A stretch of DNA of 64,000 nucleotides from the NCBI RefSeq assembly GCF_009914755.1, contig NC_060948.1, one strand, 5' to 3'. The translations under genes and the position numbers were made by a program. This DNA comes from the human T2T-CHM13v2.0 reference genome, Homo sapiens. The notes below the pieces were generated by a model. That model saw only the letters and a list, made by a program, of their open reading frames with translations, was not told the DNA's origin and ran no database searches. Of this stretch, positions 41,601 through 61,704 are shown one piece after another; position 1 is the stretch's first letter; each line of letters begins with the position of its first letter.

Positions 41601-44600
41601 AAGGATTCGAATGGAATGCAATCGAATGGAATGTAATCGAACGCAATGGAATAAAATGGAAGAAAACTGGCAAGAAATGGAATCGAAATGAATGGAGTGT
41701 TATGGAACGGACTCAAAAGGAATTGAATGTAATAGAATGGAGTGGAGTGGACTCGAATATAATGGACTGGAATGGAATGAAATCACATGGAATGGGAACG
41801 AATGGAATGGAATGGAAAGGAATGGAATCGAATGGAAAGGAATCGAATGGAAGGGAATGAAATTGAATCAACAGGAATGGAAGGGAATAGAATAGACGGT
41901 AATGGAATGGACTCGAATAGAATGGACACAAATGCTCAAATTGAATGGACTCGAATGGAATGGAAACGAAAGGAATGTCATCGAATGGAATTGAATCGAT
42001 TGGAATGAAATAGCATAGAATGGAGTGGAATCAAATGGAATTGAATCGAAAGGAAAGGAAGCGAATGGACTGAAATGAAATGGAATGGAATTGAATGGAA
42101 AGTTATGTAATGGAATAGAATGGAACGAAATTTCACAGGATGCAATCAAACTGAATGGAATCAAATCAATGGAATCAAATCAAATGGAATGGAAAGGAAT
42201 TGAATGGAGTAGATTGGATTGGATGGGATTGGAATGAAATGTACTGGAAAGGACTCGAATTTCATGAAACGGAATGGAATGAATTGGAACGGAACGGACT
42301 CGAATGGAATGGAATGTCATGGAATGGCATCAAATGGAATGGCATCAAATGGAATGGAATCGAATGCAATGGAGTGCTATGGAATGGAATGGAATGCATT
42401 GGAATGGAATGTCCTCTAATGGAATGGATTCGAGTGGAATGGAATCGAATATAATGGAGTCGAATGAAATGGAATTGAAAGGAATGGGATCGAATACAAT
42501 GGAATATACTGGAATGTAATGTAATGAACTCGAATGTAATTGACTGGAATGGAATGTATATGAATGGAATGTAATTGAATGGAAAGTAATCCAATGGAAT
42601 AGAATCTAATGCAATAAAATCGACTCAGATAGAGTAGAATGTAATGGAATGGAGTGCAGTGAAATGGAATGGAATGGAATGGAATGCAATGGAATGGAAT
42701 GGAATGGAATGGAATGGGATGGAATGGTGTGGAATGGATAGTAATGGACTGGAGTGAAATGGACTGGAAAGGAATGGACTCAAATTGAAAGGGCTCGAAA
42801 GGAATGGAGTCAAATGGAATGGTCTGGAATGGAATGAACACGAATGTAATGCAATCCAATAGAATGGAATCGAATGGCATGGAATATAAAGAAATGGAAT
42901 CGAAGAGAATGGAAACAAATGGAATGGAATTGAATGGAATGGAATTGAATGGAATGGGAACGAATGGAGTGAAATTGTATGCAGTAGAAGAGAATAGAAT
43001 GGAATGCAAGCGAAAGGAAAGGAATGGATTGGAATGGAATGGAATTCATTGGAATGGAAGGGAATGTAGTGTAATGGACAGGCCTGGAATAAAGTGGAAT
43101 GCTACGGTCTCGAATGGAATAAAAATGTATGGAATGGAATGCAATGAAACGGAATCGAATGTCATAGAATGAAATGGAATGCAAAAAAATGGAATCCAAA
43201 ATCATTGACTGGAAAGGCTGGGTGTCGAAAGGAATTGACTCCAATGGAATGGAATCGAATGGAATGGAAGTGAATAGAATCGAACTAAATCGAATGGAAT
43301 GGAATTGATAGGAACGGAATGGAAAGGAATGCAATGATTTGGCATGGAATGGAATCGAATGGCATCGAATGGAATGGAATGGAATGCAATGGAATGGAAT
43401 GTATTAGAATGTAATGAACTTTAATGGAATGTACTCGAATGGATTCGACTGGAATGGAATGTTCTGGAAGTGAATGGACTCCAATGGAATGGATTCAAAA
43501 GGAATGGAATCGTACGGAATGGAATCTAATGGAATGGAATTAAATGGAAATGAATCAAATTGAATAGCACGGAATTGAATTGAATGGAATCGAATGCAAT
43601 GGAATCTAATGAAACGGAAAGGAAAGGAATGGAATGGAATGGAATGGGCTGGAATGGAAAGGAATCGAAACGAATGGAATGGAATCGAACTGAAGAGACT
43701 GGAATGGAATGCACTGGAATGGAAGGGAGTGTAATGGAAGGTTCTCGAAAAAAATGGAATCGAATGGAATGGAATTGAATGGAACGGAATAGAGTCGAAT
43801 GGAATTGAATGGAATGGAATGGACTAGAGTGAAATGGAATCGAACCACAAGGAATGGACAGGAATAGAATGGTCTCGAATTGAATGGAATCGTATGGAAT
43901 GGCATCAAACGGAATGGAATGGACAGCCACGGAATGGAATGCACTCGAATGCAATGGAGTCGAAACTAATGGACTGGAATAGAATGGACTCGACTGGTAC
44001 GGACTCCAATGGAATGGAATCGAATGGAAGGGAATCGAACGGAATGGACTCGAAGGGAAAAGACTGCAATGGAGAGGTCTCGAATGGAATGGAAATTAAT
44101 GGAATGGAATGGAATCGAATGAAATGGAGTCAAAAGGAATGGAATCGAATGGCAAGAAATCGAATGTAATGGAATCGCAAGGAATTGATGTGAACGGAAC
44201 GGAATGGAATGGAATCCAAAGGAATGGAATAGAATGGAATGGAATCGAATGGAAAGGACTCGAATGGAAATCACTCGAATAGAATGCAATTTAATAAAAT
44301 AGGATCAAATGTAATGGAATGGAATGGAAAGGAATCGAAACGAAAGGAATGGAGACAGATGGAATGGAATGGAACAGAGAGCAATGGTATAGAATGGAAT
44401 GGAATCATCTGGAATGGAATTGAATGGAATGGAATAACATGAAATGGACTGGAATGGAATGGAATGCCCTTGAATTAAATGGACTGGAATGGAATGGACT
44501 CGAACAGAGTGGAATGGAAAGTGTTGAAATAGAATGGAATGGACTGGTTTGGAATGGTCTAGTATGCAATGCAATCGACTGGCAGGGAATCAAAAGGAAT

Positions 44601-46150
44601 GTAATCGAATGGATTGGACTGGAATGCAATGGACTCGAATAGATTGGAAACGGAATGCAAAGGAATGGAATGGAATAGTATGGAATGGAATGGAAAGGAA
44701 TGGAGTGGAATAGACTAGAGTGGAATGGAATGGACTCGAAAGCAATGGACTGGAATGGAACTTTCTTGAATGGACTGGAATCAAACGGAATGGAATGCAA
44801 TGCAATCAAATGGCATGGAATAAAATAGAATGAAAGAGAATGAAATGGAATTGAATCGAATGGAATCGAATGGATTGGAAAGGAATAGAATGGAATGGAA
44901 TGGAATGGACTCAAATGGAATGGACTAGAATGGAATGGATTCGAATGGAAGGCAAAGGAATGGAATCTATTGGAATGGACTGTAATGGAATGGAATGGAA
45001 GGGATTGGAATGGACTCGAATGGAATGGACTGCAATAGAAAGGATTCGAATGGAATGAAAAAGAATTGAATGGAATAGAACAGAATGGAATCAAATCGAA
45101 TGAAATGGAATGGAATAGAAAGGAATGGAATGAAATGGAATGGAAAGGATTCGAATGGAATGCAATCGAATGGAATGTAATCGAACGCAATGGAATAAAA
45201 TGGAAGAAAACTGGCAAGAAATGGAATCGAAATGAATGGAGTGTTATGGAACGGACTCAAAAGGAATTGAATGTAATAGAATGGAGTGGAGTGGACTCGA
45301 ATATAATGGACTGGAATGGAATGAAATCACATGGAATGGGAACGAATGGAATGGAATGGAAAGGAATGGAATCGAATGGAAAGGAATCGAATGGAAGGGA
45401 ATGAAATTGAATCAACAGGAATGGAAGGGAATAGAATAGACGGTAATGGAATGGACTCGAATAGAATGGACACGAATGCTCAAATTGAATGGACTCGAAT
45501 GGAATGGAAACGAAAGGAATGTCATCGAATGGAATTGAATCGATTGGAATGAAATCGCATAGAATGGAGTGGAATCAAATGGAATTGAATCGAAAGGAAA
45601 GGAAGCGAATGGACTGAAATGAAATGGAATGGAATTGAATGGAAAGTAATGCAATGGAATAGAATGGAACGAAATTTCACGGAATGGAATCAAACTGAAT
45701 GGAATCAAATCAATGGAATCAAATCAAATGGAATGGAAAGGAATTGAATGGAGTAGATTGGATTGGATGGGATTGGAATGAAATGTACTGGAAAGGACTC
45801 GAATTTCATGAAACGGAATGGAATGAATTGGAACGGAATGGACTCGAATGGAATGGAATGTCATGGAATGGCATCAAATGGAATGGCATCAAATGGAATG
45901 GAATCGAATGCAATGGAATGCTATGGAATGGAATGGAATGCATTGGAATGGAATGTCCTCTAATGGAATGGATTCGAGTGGAATGGAATCGAATATAATG
46001 GAGTCGAATGAAATGGAATTGAAAGGAATGGGATCGAATACAATGGAATATACTGGAATGTAATGTAATGAACTCGAATGTATTTGACTGGAATGGAATG
46101 TACATGAATGGAATGTAATCGAATGGAAAGTAATCCAATGGAATAGAATC

Positions 46151-46900
46151 ATATATGATATATAATATATGTATAATATTGTTTTACATCCTGCATCTTA
46201 TGTTGTATATATTGTATAAAATATAATAATTGATTATATATACTTTTATAACATAATTTACATAAAATATCATAATATAATATATATTATATTATTTCAT
46301 ATTACATAATATATATTACATATCACCCAATATAAGTAACATACATAATATTATAATATAGATTATATTATGTTATATTAAATATCATATATATTATGTA
46401 TCATATATTCTATAATATATATTATACATTATATAATATGTATGTTGTCTATTATGTGATATATATAACTATACATATAATTATATTATTATACGTATAA
46501 CTAGATAAACATGTAATTCTACATATTTTCATTTATAATATATAGAATTATATAATGATATATAATTATGTATATTCTATAAAAAATTATATCATTATAT
46601 AAATTATAATATATAAAAATTATAATATGTACTACAAATATATATATTATATATCATATATGATATAGTACCTTTGTTATATATCATAATACATATAAAT
46701 GTGTATTATGTTATCTATAATTATATAATTTCATATATAAGTTGTATAATATGTATTATATATTATATATGTTATGTAATATATATAGTATATATAAGAT
46801 GACACAGGATAAATATTATATACTATGACATATAAGATATATGAGGTTATATGTTTCATATAAGGCATAGCACATAACATGTAATATATATCATATATAA
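46151..46900. repeat. AT-rich block of the first DYZ2 unit, internally deleted
   Basis: TA-rich low-complexity sequence; at ~46233 AATTGAT joins TATATATACTTTTATAACATAATTTAC, two motifs that are ~770 bp apart in later units. Confidence 0.85.
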
Positions 46901-47192
46901 TTTTTTTTTAGACAGAATCTTGTCCTGTTGCACAGGGTGGGGTACAATGGCGCCATCTTTGCTCACTGCAACTTCTGCCTCACGGGTCCAAGCGACTGTC
47001 CTCCCTCAGCCTCCCAGGTAGCTGGGACTACACCACACTGGGACTACACCAGCTGCCACCATGCCTAGCTAATTATTTGGATTTTTAGTAGTGACAGCGT
47101 TTCACTGTATTGGCCAGGATGGTCTTGATCTCTTCACCTTGTGATCCCCTTGCCTTGGCCTCCAAATTTGCTGGGATTACAGGCCTGAGCCA
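46901..47192 (-). mobile_element. Diverged Alu within DYZ2 unit 1 (lacks the first ~12 nt, short A tail)
   Basis: T9 then AGACAGAATCTTG...CTCAGCCTCCCAGGTAGCTGGGACTACA...TTTTTAGTAG...GCTGGGATTACAGGCCTGAGCCA, the reverse complement of a dimeric Alu. Confidence 0.95.
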
Positions 47193-47765
47193 AGATCCAT
47201 ATTTTTTAAATGAAAAAAAATTTCAAAGGTACTCTGCTTGGTACAATAATCAAATGTATAAACTGAGGAATAAAACATAACCATGAAACCTACTTATAAC
47301 TGCATATGGAAAATACAGAGGATAATTTTTTAAATAACATATTTTGAAAGCCTTAACTAGTAATTTGAAGAGCTGGCATTTGAAAGGCCAGTATGAATAT
47401 ACCTTCAAAGCAGCAACACAGGTTTCCCCAAGAGAAAAAGCAAACACAGGGAAAATAAAAACACAAAGGTTCAATCTCTTCTGACCTTTGAAAGACACAG
47501 CACAGACAGTGGTCCTTAGGACGAAGAGCAGGAGACCCCTAATTCCGTCACCATGGCGATAGGGCATAAACATTGCTGGGTGAGGGCACAATCCACATTG
47601 TGAGGTCCAACTGCTGCCAGGAAGACAGGAGTGCTTTTACATAGACCGAAAGGTCATTGAAGGCTCAGAATTTTGTTTCAAGAACTGAATCCCAAGCCCA
47701 CACGTTATTAGGCTGCGCTTCTTAAAACAAGTTATGAGATGGGAAAAAGGGCACCCACAAACATA
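47193..47765. repeat. HSATI-like higher-GC segment of DYZ2 unit 1
   Basis: Complex, non-simple sequence between the Alu and the next AT-rich block, conserved in every unit; boundaries approximate. Confidence 0.75.
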
Positions 47766-49613
<1,848 letters not shown>

Positions 49614-50185
49614 AGATCCATATTTTTTAAATGAAAAAAAATTTCAAAGGTACTCTGCTTGGTACAATAATGAAATGTATAAACTGAGGAATAAAACATA
49701 ACCATGAAACCTACTTATAAATGCATATGGAAAATACAGAGGATAATTTTTTAAATAACATATTTTGAAAGCCTTAACTAGTAATTTGAAGAGTTGGCAT
49801 TTGAAAGGCCAGTATGAATATACCTTCAAAGCAGCAACACAGGTTCCCCATGAGAAAAAGCAAACTCAGGGAAAATAAAACCACAAAGGTTCAATCTCTT
49901 CTGACCTTTGAAAGACACAGCACAGACAGTGGTCCTTAGGACGAAGAGCAGGAGACCCCTAATTCCGTCACCATGGCGATAGGGCATAAACATTGCTGGG
50001 TGAGGGCACAATCCACATTGTGAGGTCCAACTGCTGCCAGGAAGACAGGAGTGCTTTTACATAGACCGAAAGGTCATTGAAGGCTCAGAGTTTTGTTTCA
50101 AGAACTGAATCCCAAGCCCACACGTTATTAGGCTGCGCTTCTTAAAACAAGTTATGAGATGGGAAAAAGGGCACCCACAAACATA
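49614..50185. repeat. HSATI-like segment of DYZ2 unit 2
   Basis: Colinear copy of 47193-47765. Confidence 0.75.
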
Positions 50186-52031
<1,846 letters not shown>

Positions 52032-52603
52032 AGATCCATATTTTTTAAATGAAAAAAAATTTCAAAGGTACTCTGCTTGGTACAATAATCAAATGTATAA
52101 ACTGAGGAATAAAACATAACCATGAAACCTACTTATAAATGCATATGGAAAATACAGAGGATAATTTTTTAAATAACATATTTTGAAAGCCTTAACTAGT
52201 AATTTGAAGAGTTGGCATTTGAAAGGCCAGTATGAATATACCTTCAAAGCAGCAACACAGGTTCCCCATGAGGAAAAGCAAACTCAGGGAAAATAAAACC
52301 ACAAAGGTTCAATCTCTTCTGACCTTTGAAAGACACAGCACAGACAGTGGTCCTTAGGACGAAGAGCAGGAGACCCCTAATTCCGTCACCATGGCGATAG
52401 GGCATAAACATTGCTGGGTGAGGGCACAATCCACATTGTGAGGTCCAACTGCTGCCAGGAAGACAGGAGTGCTTTTACATAGACCGAAAGGTCATTGAAG
52501 GCTCAGAGTTTTGTTTCAAGAACTGAATCCCAAGCCCACACGTTATTAGGCTGCGCTTCTTAAAACAAGTTATGAGATGGGAAAAAGGGCACCCACAAAC
52601 ATA
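52032..52603. repeat. HSATI-like segment of DYZ2 unit 3
   Basis: Colinear copy. Confidence 0.75.
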
Positions 52604-54449
<1,846 letters not shown>

Positions 54450-55021
54450 AGATCCATATTTTTTAAATGAAAAAAAATTTCAAAGGTACTCTGCTTGGTA
54501 CAATAATGAAATGTATAAACTGAGGAATAAAACATAACCATGAAACCTACTTATAAATGCATATGGAAAATACAGAGGATAATTTTTTAAATAACATATT
54601 TTGAAAGCCTTAACTAGTAATTTGAAGAGTTGGCATTTGAAAGGCCAGTATGAATATACCTTCAAAGCAGCAACACAGGTTCCCCATGAGGAAAAGCAAA
54701 CTCAGGGAAAATAAAACCACAAAGGTTCAATCTCTTCTGACCTTTGAAAGACACAGCACAGACAGTGGTCCTTAGGACGAAGAGCAGGAGACCCCTAATT
54801 CCGTCACCATGGCGATAGGGCATAAACATTGCTGGGTGAGGGCACAATCCACATTGTGAGGTCCAACTGCTGCCAGGAAGACAGGAGTGCTTTTACATAG
54901 ACCGAAAAGTCATTGAAGGCTCAGAGTTTTGTTTCAAGAACTGAATCCCAAGCCCACACGTTATTAGGCTGCGCTTCTTAAAACAAGTTATGAGATGGGA
55001 AAAAGGGCACCCACAAACATA
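54450..55021. repeat. HSATI-like segment of DYZ2 unit 4
   Basis: Colinear copy. Confidence 0.75.
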
Positions 55022-56867
<1,846 letters not shown>

Positions 56868-57439
56868 AGATCCATATTTTTTAAATGAAAAAAAATTTCA
56901 AAGGTACTCTGCTTGGTACAATAATGAAATGTATAAACTGAGGAATAAAACATAACCATGAAACCTACTTATAAATGCATATGGAAAATACAGAGGATAA
57001 TTTTTTAAATAACATATTTTGAAAGCCTTAACTAGTAATTTGAAGAGTTGGCATTTGAAAGGCCAGTATGAATATACCTTCAAAGCAGCAACACAGGTTC
57101 CCCATGAGGAAAAGCAAACTCAGGGAAAATAAAACCACAAAGGTTCAATCTCTTCTGACCTTTGAAAGACACAGCACAGACAGTGGTCCTTAGGACGAAG
57201 AGCAGGAGACCCCTAATTCCGTCACCATGGCGATAGGGCATAAACATTGCTGGGTGAGGGCACAATCCACATTGTGAGGTCCAACTGCTGCCAGGAAGAC
57301 AGGAGTGCTTTTACATAGACCGAAAGGTCATTGAAGGCTCAGAGTTTTGTTTCAAGAACTGAATCCCAAGCCCACACGTTATTAGGCTGCGCTTCTTAAA
57401 ACAAGTTATGAGATGGGAAAAAGGGCACCCACAAACATA
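56868..57439. repeat. HSATI-like segment of DYZ2 unit 5
   Basis: Colinear copy. Confidence 0.75.
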
Positions 57440-58992
57440 CGTATACATTATGTATATAATAATATACAGTATCATATATATAATATATATAACCTATGTA
57501 TAATATTGTTTTACATCCTGCATCTTATGTTATATATATTGTATAAAATATAATAATTGATAATATATAAGTTTTATATTTATACAATATGACATATAGT
57601 ATATATTATAATTTATGACATATATAATATATGTTATATATCATATATATAATATATTATACGGTTAATATACGTATTAAATATAAATTATACATTATAT
57701 ATATTATATATAATATATCTGTTATATATAATACCCATTATGCATAATATATATATTATGTCTATGATATATATAGTATAAAACAACATATAATAATATA
57801 TAATTGTACATATAAAATGCGACATATAATATATATTATATTTTATGACATATGTAATATATATTATATATTATATATAATGCGTTGTATGTATAATACC
57901 TATATTAAATATACATTACATGACTATGTTATTAATTACATGTCACATGTGTTATATATTATTTATTTTACATAGAATATACCGGTTACATACAATATAT
58001 AGTATGTTACCTATAATGTATAATTTATTACATGTAAAATAAAGAATGCAATATATTATGTATAATTTATAATATACAATATGTGGAATGTGATATATAT
58101 AACATATAATATATGATATATGATATAGAGTATATGATATATAACATACAATATATGATACCTAATATATATGATATACAATATATATTTTATGATATGT
58201 ATTCTATATGTTATATATTCTGTTATATATAACTGTTTGAAATTATATATAACTGTATAATATTTTAGGTAAATATGTAATATAATATATATAACTTTAT
58301 AATATATTATATATAACTATATATTATGTTATATATACTTTTATAACATAATTTACATAAAATATCATAATATAATATATATTATATTATTTCATATTAC
58401 ATAATATATATTACATATCACCCAATATAAGTAACATACATATTATAATATAGATTATATTATCTTATATTAAATATCATATATATCATGTATCATATAT
58501 TCTATAATATATATTATACATTATATAATATGTATGTTGTCTATTATGTGATATATATAACTATATATATAATTATATTATTATACATATAACTAGATAA
58601 ACATGTAATTCTACATATTTTCATTTATAATATATAGAATTATATAATCATATATAATTATTTATATTCTATAAAAAATTATATCATTATATAAATTATA
58701 ATATATAAAAATTATAATATGTACTACAAACATATATATTATATATCATATATGATATAGTAACTTTGTTATATATCATAATACATATAAATGTGTATTA
58801 TGTTATCTATAATTATATAATTTCATATATAAGATGTATATTATGTATTATTTATTATATACGTTATGTAATATATATAGTATATATAAGCTGACAAAGG
58901 ATAAATATTATATACTATGACATATAAAATATATGAGGTTATATGTTACATATAAGGCATAGCACATAACATGTAATATATATCATATATAA
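57440..58992. repeat. AT-rich block of DYZ2 unit 6
   Basis: Colinear AT-rich copy. Confidence 0.85.
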
Positions 58993-59284
<292 letters not shown>

Positions 59285-59856
59285 AGATCCATATTTTTTA
59301 AATGAAAAAAAATTTCAAAGGTACTCTGCTTGGTACAATAATCAAATGTATAAACTGAGGAATAAAACATAACCATGAAACCTACTTATAAATGCATATG
59401 GAAAATACAGAGGATAATTTTTTAAATAACATATTTTGAAAGCCTTAACTAGTAATTTGAAGAGTTGGCATTTGAAAGGCCAGTATGAATATACCTTCAA
59501 AGCAGCAACACAGGTTCCCCATGAGAAAAAGCAAACTCAGGGAAAATAAAACCACAAAGGTTCAATCTCTTCTGACCTTTGAAAGACACAGCACAGACAG
59601 TGGTCCTTAGGACGAAGAGCAGGAGACCCCTAATTCCGTCACCATGGCGATAGGGCATAAACATTGCTGGGTGAGGGCACAATCCACATTGTGAGGTCCA
59701 AGTGCTGCCAGGAAGACAGGAGTGCTTTTACGTAGACCGAAAGGTCATTGAAGGCTCAGAGTTTTGTTTCAAGAACTGAATCCCAAGTCCACACGTTATT
59801 AGGCTGCGCTTCTTAAAACAAGTTATGAGATGGGAAAAAGGGCACCCACAAACATA
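59285..59856. repeat. HSATI-like segment of DYZ2 unit 6
   Basis: Colinear copy. Confidence 0.75.
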
Positions 59857-61412
59857 CGTATACATTATGTATATAATAATATACAGTATCATATATATAA
59901 TATATATAACCTATGTATAATATTGTTTTACATCCTGCATCTTATGTTATATATATTGTATAAAATATAATAATTGATAATATATAAGTTTTATATTTAT
60001 ACAATATGACATATAGTATATATTATAATTTATGACATATATAATATATGTTATATATAATATATAGAATATATTATACGGTTAATATACGTATTAAATA
60101 TAAATTATACATTATATATATTATATATAATATATCTGTTATATATAATACCCATTATGCATAATATATATATTATGTCTATGTTATATATAGTATAAAA
60201 CAACATATAATAATATATAATTGTATATATAAAATGCGACATATAATATATATTATATTTTATGACATATGTAATATATATTATATATTATATATAATGC
60301 GTTGTATGTATAATACCTATATTAAATATATATTACATGACTATGTTATTAATTACATGTCACATGTGTTATATATTATATATTTTACATAGAATATACC
60401 GGTTACAAACAATATATACTATGTTACCTATAATGTATAATTTATTACATGTAAAATAAAGAAAGCAATATATTATGTATAATTTATAATATACAATATG
60501 TGGAATGTGATATATATAACATATAATATATGATATATGATATACAGTATATGATATATAACATACAATATATGATACCTAATATATATGGTATACAATA
60601 TATATTTTATGATATGTATTCTCTATGTTTTATATTCTGTTATATATAACTATTTGAAATTATATATAACTGTATAATATTTTATGTAAATATGTAATAT
60701 AATATATATAACTATATAATATATTATATATAACTATATATTATGTTATATATACTTTTTTAACATAATTTACATAAAATATCATAATATAATATATATT
60801 ATATTATTTCATATTACTTAATATATATTACATATCACCCAATATAAGTAACATACATAATATTATAATATAGATTATATTATGTTATATTAAATATCAT
60901 ATATATCATGTATCATACATTCTATAATATATATTACACATTATATAATATGTATGTTGTCTATTATGTGATATATATAACTATATATATAATTATATTA
61001 TTAAACATATAACTAGATAAACATGTAATTCTACATATTTTCATTTATAATATATAGAATTATATAATCATATATAATTATTTATATTCTATAAAAAATT
61101 ATATCATTATATAAAATATAATATATAAAAATTATAATATGTACTACAAATATATATATTATATATCATATATGATATAGTACCTTTGTTATATATCATA
61201 ATACATATAAATGTGTATTATGTTATCTATAATTATATAATTTCATATATAAGATGTATAATATGTATCATATATTATATATGTTATGTAATATATATAG
61301 TATATATAAGATGACACAGGATAAATATTATATACTATGACATATAAAATATATGAGGTTATATGTTACGTATAAGGCATAGCACATAACATGTAATATA
61401 TATCATATATAA
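59857..61412. repeat. AT-rich block of DYZ2 unit 7
   Basis: Colinear AT-rich copy. Confidence 0.85.
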
Positions 61413-61704
61413 TTTTTTTTTAGACAGAATCTTGTCCTGTTGCACAGGGTGGGGTACAATGGCGCCATCTTTGCTCACTTCAACATCTGCCTCACGGGTC
61501 CAAGCGATTGTCCTCCCTCAGCCTCCCAGGTAGCTGGGACTACACCACACTGGGACTACAGCAGCTGCCACCATGCCTAGCTAATTTTTTGGATTTTTAG
61601 TAGTGACAGCGTTTCACTGTATTGGCCAGGATGGTCTTGATCTCTTCACCTTGTGATCCCCTTGCCTTGGCCTCCAAATTTGCTGGGATTACAGGCCTGA
61701 GCCA
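61413..61704 (-). mobile_element. Diverged Alu within DYZ2 unit 7
   Basis: T9...GCTGGGATTACAGGCCTGAGCCA. Confidence 0.95.

Larger units (their letters stand above)
1..46150 (+). repeat. DYZ1: DYZ1 / human satellite 3 (HSat3) array with ~3.56 kb higher-order unit of diverged GGAAT pentamers (Yq12 type)
   Basis: (GGAAT)n backbone throughout. The landmark GAATTCATTG (EcoRI) recurs at 1901, 3962, 7551, 11094, 14658, 18211, 21754, 25303, 28847, 32396, 35945, 39499 and 43042, followed 39 bp later by GGCC (HaeIII; mutated to GACC at ~4001). Spacings are 2061, 3589, 3543, 3564, 3553, 3543, 3549, 3544, 3549, 3549, 3554 and 3543 bp. The ~3.56 kb EcoRI/HaeIII unit next to a 2.4 kb Alu-containing satellite matches the known DYZ1/DYZ2 organisation of human Yq12. 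Confidence 0.96.

Noticed and set aside
1-46150. CRISPR-like repeat-spacer array, telomeric repeat, or HSat2/alpha satellite
   Set aside because: There are no unique spacers or cas genes, no TTAGGG, no 171-bp period and no HSat2-type 23-26 bp GAATCATC/ATGATG structure; the 3.56 kb period is that of DYZ1.
252-46152. Hundreds of ORFs (MEWNG-rich on +, FHSIP-rich on -, up to 418 aa at 12018-13274)
   Set aside because: They are the inevitable translations of (GGAAT)n and (ATTCC)n, whose pure forms contain no stop codons. Their ends shift with unit-specific indels and there is no domain-like sequence.
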